Source: a virus. Taken from it: a stretch of 64,000 nucleotides of DNA. The DNA is taken from the IMG/VR virus record IMGVR_UViG_3300034105_002232; one strand, 5' to 3'. The notes beneath the pieces were generated by a model, which had not been told where the DNA came from, did no database searches, and was given only the letters and a program-made list of their open reading frames with translations. Each line of letters opens with the position of its first letter. Within the stretch, counting starts at the first letter, position 1. Shown here piece by piece: positions 1 through 10,021 of the stretch. Both the position numbers and the translations under genes were made by a program.

Positions 1-2
1 AT

Positions 3-1232
3 TTAGACACGTTCAAACGTGTAATGACGACGGCTACAACTGAATACGTTTGGATTACCAGCAGCATTTGCAATTACACCAAATTTGATTTTTCCTGGCA
101 ACCCGAACCGTGGCAAAAGGAAATGATTCACGTGTTTGGCAGCAGCAGCCAACGTCGCGGAGATACTTTTTATATACATGTGGAATCGTTTAAGACACAG
201 ATGTATGAATTAGAAATGCTGGATTGGTTTAATGTGATCAACTATTGCCAAGAACAATTGGTAGATCGACTGCCTGCTCCTGTGGTACAATTTGCCCAAG
301 ACAGCATTGTGCCTGCAGTACAAGCATATCAGTTTGATTTTCCATACGCAGTGTTTACCAATCAAAGCACAGCACCGTCAAACGCCCAGGATCTTTGTTT
401 GTGGCATGCAAAAGACCGTGTAGCTGAGGCAATTACACGCAACGGGGCTACTACGATAGTGCCTAGAGAAATCAAGGCACATTTGCGTACACAATTATAT
501 GATTACCCTTATGTAAACCGCAAAAATCCTCATTATGTGACTGAAAATCCCCTGGATACTATCTTCATTAGTAATGGTGAGCCCAATGAAGAACTAATGT
601 TCCATCACACCAAATACATGGCCAATAGTAATGTAAAATGGATACGTGGAGTCAATGGTCGTACGGCAGCGTATCAAGCGGCAGCTCGTGCAAGTACCAC
701 GCCCTGGTTTTTTGCTGTATTTGCCAAACTAGAAGTAATGGGAGGAAGTTTCCCTTGGTATACATGGCAACCAGATTATTGGCAAGAGCCCAAACATTAT
801 ATCTTTAATGCACAGAATCCTGTTAACGGATTAGAGTACGGACACCAAGGCATGATTGCGTATAACAAGAATCTAGTATTAGCAAATAACAATCCTGGTA
901 TTGATTTTACTCTAAGTCAGCCACACGAAAGTGTGCCTGTACTAAGTGGTATAGCACGATTCAATCAAGACCCTTGGATGACCTGGCGTACAGCATTCCG
1001 TGAAGTTGTTAAACTAAAACACTTTATGGCCACGCAACCTACGTTAGAAACTGAACATAGATTAACCACTTGGTTAACTGTGGCACATGGTGATCATGCG
1101 GAATGGTGTTTGCGTGGTGCAGCTGACGCTGTTGCTTACTATGAGGAGGTGGGTGGTGATTACAATCTGCTGATGCTGAGTTTTGATTGGGCTTGGTTAC
1201 AAATCAAATTTATTCAGTATAGTAATTCTTGA
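3..1232 (+). CDS. glycosyltransferase-like protein of large phages (5' end outside window)
   Basis: Frame is open from the window edge; 'DTIFISNGEPN...GVNGRTAAYQAAA...WFFAV' resembles the GT-A-like domain seen in jumbo phages. Confidence 0.5.
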   Translation, partial: LDTFKRVMTTATTEYVWITSSICNYTKFDFSWQPEPWQKEMIHVFGSSSQRRGDTFYIHVESFKTQMYELEMLDWFNVINYCQEQLVDRLPAPVVQFAQDSIVPAVQAYQFDFPYAVFTNQSTAPSNAQDLCLWHAKDRVAEAITRNGATTIVPREIKAHLRTQLYDYPYVNRKNPHYVTENPLDTIFISNGEPNEELMFHHTKYMANSNVKWIRGVNGRTAAYQAAARASTTPWFFAVFAKLEVMGGSFPWYTWQPDYWQEPKHYIFNAQNPVNGLEYGHQGMIAYNKNLVLANNNPGIDFTLSQPHESVPVLSGIARFNQDPWMTWRTAFREVVKLKHFMATQPTLETEHRLTTWLTVAHGDHAEWCLRGAADAVAYYEEVGGDYNLLMLSFDWAWLQIKFIQYSNS

Positions 1233-2328
1233 TGACTGCAACTACAGTTTCTACTTCAGCATCAGACAGTTCAGGATAGATAGGCAAACTCAGGCACTCT
1301 TTGGTAAACGAGTTGGTTTCTGTGTACACATCCTTGGTGTAGTCAATATAACTGGCTCCAACTCCTAGATCGTACAACGCATAATCATAGTGTATTTTGC
1401 TTTCAATGCCATGCCAACTTAATTTTGCTTGTAAGGCTGTTCGATCATGTGTGCGAATTACAAATTTATGCCAGGCATGAACCACATCCTTGTTTGGGGT
1501 TAATGTATCCACGTACTGATACAACTCTTGCATGTAGTATTCGGCGATCTTGGTTCTGCGCCGCTGCCACGAATCAAAGTGATTGAGTTTGACCAACATC
1601 TGAGCTGAATCAGACTCACTCATTTTGCTGTTGGTTCCTGGGGTGTCGTTGTGATAAAGATAGGTTACAGGTCTACCGTTGTCGCGCAGACCTTTTACTG
1701 TGTTGACAATGTGCAGATCATCTGTCAAAATCATTCCTCCTGACCCATAGTTGCCCAAGTTCTTGGTTGGATCAAAACTCAACACGCTGATGTCACCCAT
1801 CTTGCCACTGGGTATGCCTCGGTAACTGGCACCAAAACTTTGTGCTGCGTCTTCGATGATCACAAGATCATCATTAAAGAATCTAGTTTGTATTTGGAAC
1901 CGATCCCAATCTACACAGTTTCCAAACAAGTTCACGTACATAACAGCACCAACAGTGCGATCAAGCTTGTGTTGGCATGAATCTAAATCCATCAGACCAT
2001 TGTGATCTACGTCACAGAACACAGGAGTAAATTTGTTCATGAGTACACTGTTGATAGTGGCTACAAAACTCACTGTGGGTATTAGTACAGAATATGGAGG
2101 TCTGGCCAGACTGGCCAATTGTGCAAAGATTAATGCTTGGGTACCCGAGTTGACTGCAACAGCAAAAGCTCTATTACATCTGGCAGCAATTGCCTGTTCA
2201 AAATGTTTGGTATACTCTCCATCTAGTACTCGACCTGTGCTGTACACTCGATCTGACGCATCAAGTATTTCGTCTCTTAGGTTTGCATATTGCCGGTCAA
2301 GTCCAAAAAAAGAGATTACAGAGTTCAT
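1210..2328 (-). CDS. DegT/DnrJ/EryC1/StrS family PLP-dependent sugar aminotransferase
   Basis: NSGTQAL, IEDAAQSFG, SFDPTKNLG (PLP lysine), LSLPIYP; start taken at MNSV next to the upstream stop. Confidence 0.93.
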   Translation of the reverse strand: MNSVISFFGLDRQYANLRDEILDASDRVYSTGRVLDGEYTKHFEQAIAARCNRAFAVAVNSGTQALIFAQLASLARPPYSVLIPTVSFVATINSVLMNKFTPVFCDVDHNGLMDLDSCQHKLDRTVGAVMYVNLFGNCVDWDRFQIQTRFFNDDLVIIEDAAQSFGASYRGIPSGKMGDISVLSFDPTKNLGNYGSGGMILTDDLHIVNTVKGLRDNGRPVTYLYHNDTPGTNSKMSESDSAQMLVKLNHFDSWQRRRTKIAEYYMQELYQYVDTLTPNKDVVHAWHKFVIRTHDRTALQAKLSWHGIESKIHYDYALYDLGVGASYIDYTKDVYTETNSFTKECLSLPIYPELSDAEVETVVAVIKNYYTE

Positions 2329-2329
2329 T

Positions 2330-2992
2330 TTATTCAATTTCGTTCTTGGCAGATGACTCACTCCAATAATTCTGATACTGTATAAATTTATCAGGTTGGC
2401 TACTATTTAAATAGTCATCAAGAGAAAAACTTCTCTTCCAATTAAATAATCTATTCCTATATTCAAAATCTACTAATTTAGAAAGTTTTAATAAATCCGT
2501 CTCGCTTGTCCATAACTTTTGCGATATAATATTATCATTAATTAGGAATAGGAATTCTTGGTCAATTGGTATGTTATGTATCCTTAGATAAAATTCCTCA
2601 ATAAATTTAAGATCCGACAATAAAGAGAAATCTATGCAATAATTGTAGCTAGTAGTGTCTATTTCTGCAGATTGGTCAGACATGATAAAATTTTTTATAA
2701 ACAAAAAGAACTGATCTAAAAAAGAAGTTTCTAAGACTATAGTATTTTTTAAATAATGATTATATGCAATTTGCATTATATTATTAATATTATAATTACA
2801 ATTAATTCTAATTCGTATATAATTACTGTAATTGTTGTTAATTACAGATTGATCATTGATATGGTGTATTTTAACATAATTTGGAGGATTAAGTGCTCCA
2901 AATTCTCTTGGTCGCCAATTATCTTTTAATACCGAAGACAAAAAATCGCCGCGAGCACCTGGTGCAAAATGTATTAGAAGCTTAACATCCAT
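2330..2992 (-). CDS. hypothetical protein (AT-rich; P-loop-like N-terminus HFAPGARGDFL)
   Basis: 220-aa ORF coupled to both neighbours. Confidence 0.55.
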   Translation of the reverse strand: MDVKLLIHFAPGARGDFLSSVLKDNWRPREFGALNPPNYVKIHHINDQSVINNNYSNYIRIRINCNYNINNIMQIAYNHYLKNTIVLETSFLDQFFLFIKNFIMSDQSAEIDTTSYNYCIDFSLLSDLKFIEEFYLRIHNIPIDQEFLFLINDNIISQKLWTSETDLLKLSKLVDFEYRNRLFNWKRSFSLDDYLNSSQPDKFIQYQNYWSESSAKNEIE

Positions 2993-3960
2993 TATAATTT
3001 ATTTTGCCAATAAGACGATGATTTAAACCATTCGTAATAACGCCGAAAGCCTTCCTCAACATCAACTGTAGGAGCATAACCGAAGTCTTCTACAGCACTA
3101 GAAATATTTAATCGACCACGTTTGGGAAATGCAAGGTCTCTATCCTGCACTTCAATACTGCCTCGACCGGCAATCTTGATAGCAAGTTCAGCAGCATCTT
3201 TTAATGTATATTGTTGTTTGGCACTGCGTGTGATGTTGTAGATTTTATTATTTGCTTTTTTACTCAAGGTAGCTTGAGCGATTCCCATTGCAGCATCTTC
3301 TACATAAGTGAAGTCTAGTACTTCACTGGCACCTTTAACTCTGAGTGTTTCTCCACGCATGGCACCAAGCATGAACTTGCTTACCACACGATCCTCAACG
3401 TCGTATTCACCATACACAGCACTGGGACGAATAATTATATATTCGAATCCATGTTGCCGAGCATAATCTTCCACCAGCTTCTCGCCCATGTATTTCATTA
3501 TGCCGTACTGTCCAACTGGATTACATACAGCATCTTCGGTTACGTCAGAATCAAAGTTGCCGTACACCATGCTGCTGCTGATATACACAAACTTTTTTAC
3601 TTTGTGTATTACCGCTGCTTCGAGCAAGTTGATCAGACCAGTTACCATGGTCTGACTGGCAGTAACAGGGTCCTGTTGCACAACCTTTTGTCTCGGAAAA
3701 CTGGCAAGATGCACAATGGTTTTAATATTGAAAGTACCAACGAAAGAATTAATTTGTTGGGTGTTTCGGATATCAGTCACATGTGGAATAATATTCATAC
3801 GCTTGCTGCGCTCATTGAACAAATATTCTTGTTCGGCTTGCGGTACAAACCCGTAATTGGTTCTACTGTCAATACCAAAGCATTCATGACCTGCTTGTTC
3901 AAGAAAACGGACAACATTGTGCCCAATAAAACCAGCAGCCCCGGTTACAAGTATTTTCAT
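2992..3960 (-). CDS. NAD-dependent nucleotide-sugar epimerase/dehydratase
   Basis: TGAAGFIG Rossmann motif, SSSMVYG, YGIMK (YxxxK), DFTYVED. Confidence 0.93.
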   Translation of the reverse strand: MKILVTGAAGFIGHNVVRFLEQAGHECFGIDSRTNYGFVPQAEQEYLFNERSKRMNIIPHVTDIRNTQQINSFVGTFNIKTIVHLASFPRQKVVQQDPVTASQTMVTGLINLLEAAVIHKVKKFVYISSSMVYGNFDSDVTEDAVCNPVGQYGIMKYMGEKLVEDYARQHGFEYIIIRPSAVYGEYDVEDRVVSKFMLGAMRGETLRVKGASEVLDFTYVEDAAMGIAQATLSKKANNKIYNITRSAKQQYTLKDAAELAIKIAGRGSIEVQDRDLAFPKRGRLNISSAVEDFGYAPTVDVEEGFRRYYEWFKSSSYWQNKL

Positions 3961-3991
3961 TTATAGTCTTCTTAGTCTGAAGTAATTGGTA

Positions 3992-4906
3992 TTACACAGC
4001 CATCTTGGCCAGGATTGGTGGATGACTTTCGTACCCGTCTAATCTAATATCTGCCATGGTAAATTTGGTAATATCTTTTACATCGGGGTTAAGCCATAGT
4101 CGTGCAAGCGGGTAAGGGTCACGCTTCAATTGTTCTTTTACCTGCTCGACATGGTCCAAATATATATGTGCATCGCCGAGTACGTGAACAAACTCGCCTA
4201 CCTGAAGGTCACACACATGAGCAATCATGTGTGTTAACAAACTATAGCTTGCTATGTTAAAGGGTACACCCAAGAACATATCGCAAGAACGTTGATACAT
4301 TTGGCACGACAACTTTCCATCTGCTACATAAAACTGTGCAAAGCAATGACACGGCGGTAAAGCCATTTGATCTAGCTCGCCAGGATTCCACGCAGTTAAA
4401 ATATGGCGGCGACCGTTGGGGTCTGTGCGGATACCTTCAATCAACTTGGTCAGCTGATCAACTTCCTGTACTTGAATGTGATTATCAACTCTTCTATAGG
4501 TACTACCAAAGCTGTCTTTGAATGTACCATCAGGCTCGCGTTCCTTGATACTTCGCCAGTGACGCCATTGCACTCCATACACACGGCCCAAGTCACCGTT
4601 GTACTTGGCTTTGGGCTTCCAGTAACTGGATAAAGCATTTGGAGTCCAGATAGTCACAGTACCATCTTTGGTCCCATGCGTGATTTCTGCCAGTCTACGT
4701 TCATCACCTGACCCTTCAATCATCCAAAGTAGTTCGCCTACTACAGCACGCCAGGCCAGTTTCTTGGTAGTAACTGCGGGGAAGCCTCGGGATAAGTCGT
4801 ACCTTTGTTGCATGCCAAATACACCAATGGTACCCACACCCGTGCGATCATCCCTACGAGTTCCTGTTTCAAGCACTTCGTTGAGAGCATTAAGATATGT
4901 TTTCAT
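3992..4906 (-). CDS. thyA: thymidylate synthase
   Basis: DRTGVGT, GRVYGVQWR, MALPPCH, YQRSCDMFLGVPFNIASY, DAHIY. Confidence 0.98.
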   Translation of the reverse strand: MKTYLNALNEVLETGTRRDDRTGVGTIGVFGMQQRYDLSRGFPAVTTKKLAWRAVVGELLWMIEGSGDERRLAEITHGTKDGTVTIWTPNALSSYWKPKAKYNGDLGRVYGVQWRHWRSIKEREPDGTFKDSFGSTYRRVDNHIQVQEVDQLTKLIEGIRTDPNGRRHILTAWNPGELDQMALPPCHCFAQFYVADGKLSCQMYQRSCDMFLGVPFNIASYSLLTHMIAHVCDLQVGEFVHVLGDAHIYLDHVEQVKEQLKRDPYPLARLWLNPDVKDITKFTMADIRLDGYESHPPILAKMAV

Positions 4907-5415
4907 TACAGAGGTCTGAATATGTCTATATTTTTGTATATACTAAAGTTTAACATTTTATCTGTACTAGGTCTACTACTTGTTATCCGCATGCCGGTCA
5001 TAAAGGCACGCAGGTCTATACGGACTTCTGAGTATGCAGCACCTTTACGATGTGTGACATACGCATAGTCAATCAAATCTTTGCAGTCCATGATAAGATC
5101 TGGACCGCCCAGTATAAAGATATTCCGGTCCGGAAACAGAACTTGTAGTTCTTTTATTTTTGCTTTGTAATCACCTGATAGCCTACGTACACTGGGGTAT
5201 CCTGTAACAGGCTTGCTGCTAACTACACAGTTGATCCGATTAGGCAATGGTTTTTTCATTTTGGGATCATCCCAAGTCTTGCGGCCCATGACTACAATTT
5301 GGTTTGCGGTATGTTCCTTGAACCATGCCATGTCTTCAGCATCCATGGGCCAGGGCAGTGTTCCACGATTACCAAATGTTCCCATTTGGTCTGTGGCAAA
5401 TATAGTACAAATCAT
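4906..5415 (-). CDS. folA: dihydrofolate reductase
   Basis: GTLPWP..EDMAWFK..T...VVMGRKTW, PLPNRIN, GG motif; adjacent to thyA. Confidence 0.95.
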   Translation of the reverse strand: MICTIFATDQMGTFGNRGTLPWPMDAEDMAWFKEHTANQIVVMGRKTWDDPKMKKPLPNRINCVVSSKPVTGYPSVRRLSGDYKAKIKELQVLFPDRNIFILGGPDLIMDCKDLIDYAYVTHRKGAAYSEVRIDLRAFMTGMRITSSRPSTDKMLNFSIYKNIDIFRPL

Positions 5416-5420
5416 TTTTG

Positions 5421-5765
5421 TTATAGGTTTTTTAGTAGTTCGTCTGTGGCAGGTTGCACCACCCGGGCAACAGCTTTGACACTTATAAAAAAATCAATGT
5501 CATTGATGATGTTGTCTAGAGCTTGTAGTTTTGCTTTGATATCGTATTCTAGATCATCGGGATCCATGCCTTCATCTAGTAGATCTCGTATATTAATTTT
5601 TACAATAGTTCCGTCGGTGAGATTCACGTTGATACTTTCTAGCATTGTGATGGGAATTTCTTTCTTTTCTACACTCTTTAAGATAGTTTCCCATTTGGCT
5701 TTGCTAGTTAAATTAAGCCGCTTGCTTTTTGGTTGTTGCGGTTTTTTTGGTTTTTGTTCCGACAT
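5421..5765 (-). CDS. hypothetical phage protein
   Basis: 114-aa ORF in operon. Confidence 0.65.
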   Translation of the reverse strand: MSEQKPKKPQQPKSKRLNLTSKAKWETILKSVEKKEIPITMLESINVNLTDGTIVKINIRDLLDEGMDPDDLEYDIKAKLQALDNIINDIDFFISVKAVARVVQPATDELLKNL

Positions 5766-6414
5766 TTTTTGCCTTTGGATCTAGATTTAATGCTTCTGAT
5801 TTTAAACGAGCAGCTTCAGCCAGCATCTGCTGCGCACTGGCTTCCATCTTCTCAGCCTGTTCCATCCGTTGTGTAGCTAGATCAGTATCACTTAACATAC
5901 CAGTTAGCATGTCGGCTGCACTGGTATTTCCTTGAGCTTCGCGCATTTTTCTTTCGCCAAGTTCTTTAATTTCTGCACGTCGTGGTTGATTCTTGTCGGT
6001 GTTGTTTTTCTTACCGACCATGCCTCTGTTACTGTCTAGATTTTGCAGTCGATCCATGGCCTCTTGTCCCTTGGCCATTTCGTCAAGAATGTCATTGAGT
6101 TCATCCAGGCGAACTGAACTGTTTGAAGTAGGAGTAACCAACACTTGATTGGTAGGAACCTTTTTCATTAATCCGTTACGGTGCAGACTTTCCAAACAAT
6201 TGTTACCGTCGGCCATGATGGTTCTAAACAGTACTTCACTTACATCAATTGCAGCTTGTCCTTGCGGGCTCTCTACTGCTCGCATGACTTCGTCGTGTAC
6301 CATTCTGGGCAATAGGTCACTGTAAATTACTAGTGCCATATGGGTAAGCTCAGGTATTTTTCTAAATACAATAACGCATCTCTTGTCGTTGTGTTTGCCA
6401 ACATGTTTGATCAT
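5713..6414 (-). CDS. hypothetical phage protein with C-terminal coiled coil
   Basis: 233-aa ORF with AGGAG RBS. Confidence 0.7.
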   Translation of the reverse strand: MIKHVGKHNDKRCVIVFRKIPELTHMALVIYSDLLPRMVHDEVMRAVESPQGQAAIDVSEVLFRTIMADGNNCLESLHRNGLMKKVPTNQVLVTPTSNSSVRLDELNDILDEMAKGQEAMDRLQNLDSNRGMVGKKNNTDKNQPRRAEIKELGERKMREAQGNTSAADMLTGMLSDTDLATQRMEQAEKMEASAQQMLAEAARLKSEALNLDPKAKNVGTKTKKTATTKKQAA

Positions 6415-6428
6415 ATTAATCTCCTTGA

Positions 6429-6662
6429 TTATTCGGTTGTGTGTGGGGTGTCTGATTCGGGCTGCGGCGGTGGATTAAGGGCTCCGCTTGCTTGAAGAAA
6501 CTTGGTTAGTTTCTCGTACACGTTGCCTACCGCAGACATTTCTTCTGCCTTGATAGCTCCACGCTCTGCAGTAACTCGAATAAGGTTAAGCAAAAGCACC
6601 AGGTCTGTTAGTGCCAGGCTTGGAGGAGGGGCTTCTTCGGTAATTTGGGTTGATTGTTCCAT
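6429..6662 (-). CDS. hypothetical phage protein
   Basis: 77-aa ORF with GGAG RBS. Confidence 0.7.
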   Translation of the reverse strand: MEQSTQITEEAPPPSLALTDLVLLLNLIRVTAERGAIKAEEMSAVGNVYEKLTKFLQASGALNPPPQPESDTPHTTE

Positions 6663-6672
6663 GTGTTCTCCA

Positions 6673-6694
6673 TTAAATAACTATAGTTATTTAA
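6673..6694. promoter_or_regulatory. perfect 22-bp palindrome TTAAATAACTATAGTTATTTAA (TAAATA box on both strands)
   Basis: Read directly; intergenic. Confidence 0.55.
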
Positions 6695-6718
6695 CTAAGA
6701 ACAAAACTGTGGAAATTT

Positions 6719-7003
6719 TTATCTGTGAGGTTGAATCTGGTCCAGGCACAAACTAAACATGCTGGCTTCGCCTGGAATTTCAAAGGCAGCACATGAATCC
6801 ATAACCAACGTGCCAGATTCTGATATATAGAACCAGTCACCAAACCAAAATCGTCCTTCTAAATTTTCCCAAATCCAGTCAGTAACCATCTTGTTCTGAC
6901 CACGCAAGTCAAACTGCACCTTGACAAAATGGGGCGGACATCGCGCTAATTCACGTAGTCCGTGTACAGTTAACGGATTGGCCTCTCCGTTACGTAGCGT
7001 CAA
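6719..7003 (-). CDS. hypothetical phage protein
   Basis: ORF; TTG start proposed, overlapping the end of the upstream gene. Confidence 0.6.
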   Translation of the reverse strand: MTLRNGEANPLTVHGLRELARCPPHFVKVQFDLRGQNKMVTDWIWENLEGRFWFGDWFYISESGTLVMDSCAAFEIPGEASMFSLCLDQIQPHR

Positions 7004-7277
7004 TTTTTTCCTCTTTGTTGTCTTCAACAATGACCATCTTATAAAGATCTGCTGTAATACTGGTATCGGGACGTTGCACACGATCAACCAACACCAATGT
7101 GGCCTGCTCTACAAAGGTACTCATCATTTCTAATTGCCCGGTGATGCTGGCAATCTCTGCTGCTCGGGCAAGGTCCTCAAGCGCATCTTCGGTCCGCAGC
7201 AGACGAGTCTGCAGATCGTTGATCAATTGTTTTATTTTTTTACTGGTCTTAATATTGTTAAAGTCAACAGGTTCCAT
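6990..7277 (-). CDS. hypothetical protein
   Basis: ORF coupled to upstream stop. Confidence 0.6.
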   Translation of the reverse strand: MEPVDFNNIKTSKKIKQLINDLQTRLLRTEDALEDLARAAEIASITGQLEMMSTFVEQATLVLVDRVQRPDTSITADLYKMVIVEDNKEEKIDAT

Positions 7278-7495
7278 TATACGTGTTCCTTCCATTCAAA
7301 TCCAACATAGTATTCCATTAATACCTCCATTGCATTTTTATAACGGTAATTATGTTCAAGATCCTCTTGTTTATACTTAGGCAATTCCTCGGCTGATTCT
7401 AAGTTTTCAATGTCTAAACAAAGTGCTTTATAATCTTGAATCAAGATACTTTTCATGAGGCCATCTACCGCTTCGCTATTTAAATCAACTATCAT
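7277..7495 (-). CDS. hypothetical protein
   Basis: ORF directly after the VWA gene. Confidence 0.55.
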   Translation of the reverse strand: MIVDLNSEAVDGLMKSILIQDYKALCLDIENLESAEELPKYKQEDLEHNYRYKNAMEVLMEYYVGFEWKEHV

Positions 7496-7497
7496 GA

Positions 7498-8766
7498 TTA
7501 TTTGCCTTTCGCTGCATCTTCGTAATGCGCCCAAATACCCCATGGTGGTTCACAACCAGGATTGCCTTTGATGATCCATACTGTTTCACAGTAACTTTCC
7601 TCGCCCCACTCACCAAATGGCATGCCGTCTGTGAACATGATAAACTTCTTGGGTTCAATTGCGTTGTCTTTCATAAACTCCCAATTGGCCATGAAGTCTG
7701 TGCCACCACCTCCGGCAGGTTCGTACTCCATAATGTCGTCAATGTTGTCTGACGTATATGTCTGCACGTTATAGATTTCAGTATCAAAGCACCACAGCGT
7801 GATCTTGTACTCGTCAAAGGCTTCCATAATACCTTTGATCTCACCCAAGAACGCTTTGCTATCTTCCTCACTGATACTACCTGATTGGTCCATAGCAATA
7901 CATACATCAATCATCTCACCTGGCTTGAGCCCTGGCATGATGGCATCCATGTGCCATCCTTTGCGACTTGGTCTAGCCCATGTATAATCGTTCTTGATTG
8001 TGCTTTGAATCTGTTGTTGCAGTAGCTCTTTCCAACCAATGACTGGTTCTGTTAAGTCTCTTAACAAACGTTTGACACCGCTGGGTAAATTGCCTGCGCC
8101 TGCACTTTGTGCAGCAGCAATCACAGCACCTTTAATTTCGTCCTTGATAGCATCACGTTCTTCTTTGCTCAACCGAGGCCGCTTTCCACCCTGCTCATCC
8201 CCGTCGTCACCTGATCCGCCGTTACCATCTTCATCTTCTTCTAAATGATCATCAAGAATCATTTGTTCAAGTTGATCAATATTGATCTTTTTTGCATTCT
8301 GATAAAGATAGTCATATACTTCTTCGTAACTCATATCCTTGAACTTGTTGTCAAACAAGATTGGGCATACACTGATCTTCTCACCAATGCGCTGTTCTAT
8401 CAAGTCTTGATTGACGCAGTAGTCTGCAGCAATATTGCTTAGTCTTGGTTGACGATCACCGCGCCGACCCATGTGATCATAAACCGCATGCAGAATCTCA
8501 TGCCCAACCAAAAACTCAAGTTGTTTCAGCGGCATCTTGTCAACAAACTCGCTGTTGTAATAAAATTTACGTCCGTCTGTAGCAGCAGTGCCGCACCAGG
8601 CATCAGCATTGGTCAAGGTCATTCTGGTTGCCAGCTGCCCAAAGAACGGAGCCTTTAACAACAAGCCAATACGGGCAGTAGTAAGTTTCTCTCTAGCAAC
8701 GGCATCTGTTTTTGGATTCGTTACTGTGACTACGTTGGACTTGTCAATTGCTGTACTTTCAGCCAT
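7498..8766 (-). CDS. HEXXH metallopeptidase-like plus VWA domain protein (DUF2201-like)
   Basis: TAATDG, HEILH, MIDAS DQSGS, GGGGTDF, FTDG; paired with AAA ATPase. Confidence 0.88.
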   Translation of the reverse strand: MAESTAIDKSNVVTVTNPKTDAVAREKLTTARIGLLLKAPFFGQLATRMTLTNADAWCGTAATDGRKFYYNSEFVDKMPLKQLEFLVGHEILHAVYDHMGRRGDRQPRLSNIAADYCVNQDLIEQRIGEKISVCPILFDNKFKDMSYEEVYDYLYQNAKKINIDQLEQMILDDHLEEDEDGNGGSGDDGDEQGGKRPRLSKEERDAIKDEIKGAVIAAAQSAGAGNLPSGVKRLLRDLTEPVIGWKELLQQQIQSTIKNDYTWARPSRKGWHMDAIMPGLKPGEMIDVCIAMDQSGSISEEDSKAFLGEIKGIMEAFDEYKITLWCFDTEIYNVQTYTSDNIDDIMEYEPAGGGGTDFMANWEFMKDNAIEPKKFIMFTDGMPFGEWGEESYCETVWIIKGNPGCEPPWGIWAHYEDAAKGK

Positions 8767-8790
8767 GTTGTCTCCTTAATGTATAACTGT

Positions 8791-8819
8791 ATTATATGAC
8801 ATTTACAATTTACTGTCAA
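8791..8819 (-). promoter_or_regulatory. sigma70-type promoter TTGACA-N17-TATAAT (perfect consensus)
   Basis: Exact consensus upstream of the VWA gene RBS (AAGGAG). Confidence 0.85.
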
Positions 8820-8827
8820 TTGTGCAT

Positions 8828-8857
8828 ACAAAATGGGGGCTTAGGCCCCCATTTTGT
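8828..8857 (-). terminator. intrinsic terminator hairpin ACAAAATGGGGGC-CTAA-GCCCCCATTTTGT
   Basis: 13-bp perfect inverted repeat immediately after the AAA ATPase stop. Confidence 0.75.
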
Positions 8858-9964
8858 TTACTTGCTGGAACCTGCTGCTGCTAACACATACTTGCCGTAT
8901 TTGGCATGGAACTCATCAAAGCTAGGCATCTTGCCAGGCACTAACGGTAAGTCGTATGTGGTGAGCGCAACCCTGGCACCCATGACAGTGACTTCGGTAC
9001 TAAAGTTATCCATCATGAATCGCAAGAAGTTGTCGGCCATGCTATGAAAATCAGTGATTTTGTCTTTGCCGTTTTTCTTATAGTAGTCCTGGAGCTCGTA
9101 GCACATGGATGTGGTCAAAGAATACATAGCCGAAACTTCTTTGGTCTTGAGTTCTTTGACTTTGCCTGACAAGATGTCTTCAGGCTTGGGTAAGTTAGCC
9201 GCATGTTTGCGATGCGCCATGAATTTAACAGCGGCACCTTCGCCAACACAACCTGCAATCAAGTCAGTGAGTTCGCCATTGGGTGTACCAGTGTCGTAGC
9301 AGAATTCGCTTGCAAAGGTCCAGGTACGCGGTGTAGCAAAACTACGACTATTACTGCGCGGATCAAAATCAAACAGGTCTGCTTTGGCAAAACTCAAATA
9401 GCCAACAACATCTGGATGGATTTTATTTTTAACCGCCCAGTTCTGCCAGCTTGCAAAGTCTGGACGAATCTCCAAATGCAAGAAACGATTTGCAAGTGGA
9501 CTTGGCATACGATATGTGACGCCTTTGTCGCTGTCACGATTGCCCGCGGCTACCATTACAACATTGTTTGGCAAACGATATTTGCCAATTCGGCGATTCA
9601 AAATCAATTGATAGGCTGCGGCTTGCACTGCCGGCGCAGCTGAGTTCATCTCGTCCAGCAGCAGAACCACAATTGGATACTGTGCTGCTAGCTCTTCGTC
9701 AGGCAAGTCAATTGGCGGCGCCCAATCCATCTTTTCATTGTTCTTATTAAAGAACGGGATACCGCGCAAGTCAGTGGGCTCCATTTGACTTAGACGCAAG
9801 TCAATCATGTGTCCGCCAAGTTCTTCAGTGATATCAGCTACAACTTCACTCTTGCCCACACCCGGTGGTCCCCAAAGAAAGATAGGACGTTGCAATTTAA
9901 AACAACGAAGAATGCGACTACGTGCTTCTTCGGGTGTAACTGTACGGCTTTCTGTGACTGCCAT
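8858..9964 (-). CDS. MoxR-like AAA+ ATPase
   Basis: Walker A GPPGVGKS, Walker B LLLDE, AAGN sensor, PLANRF arginine finger, TPRTW. Confidence 0.92.
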   Translation of the reverse strand: MAVTESRTVTPEEARSRILRCFKLQRPIFLWGPPGVGKSEVVADITEELGGHMIDLRLSQMEPTDLRGIPFFNKNNEKMDWAPPIDLPDEELAAQYPIVVLLLDEMNSAAPAVQAAAYQLILNRRIGKYRLPNNVVMVAAGNRDSDKGVTYRMPSPLANRFLHLEIRPDFASWQNWAVKNKIHPDVVGYLSFAKADLFDFDPRSNSRSFATPRTWTFASEFCYDTGTPNGELTDLIAGCVGEGAAVKFMAHRKHAANLPKPEDILSGKVKELKTKEVSAMYSLTTSMCYELQDYYKKNGKDKITDFHSMADNFLRFMMDNFSTEVTVMGARVALTTYDLPLVPGKMPSFDEFHAKYGKYVLAAAGSSK

Positions 9965-9992
9965 TTTAAATTCCTCTCACTGTTAAAACATT

Positions 9993-10021
9993 ATTATATG
10001 ACATAGTTAAATTAATGTCTG
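9993..10021 (-). promoter_or_regulatory. sigma70-type promoter CAGACA-N17-TATAAT
   Basis: Shares ATGTCATATAAT with the promoter at 8791. Confidence 0.6.
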
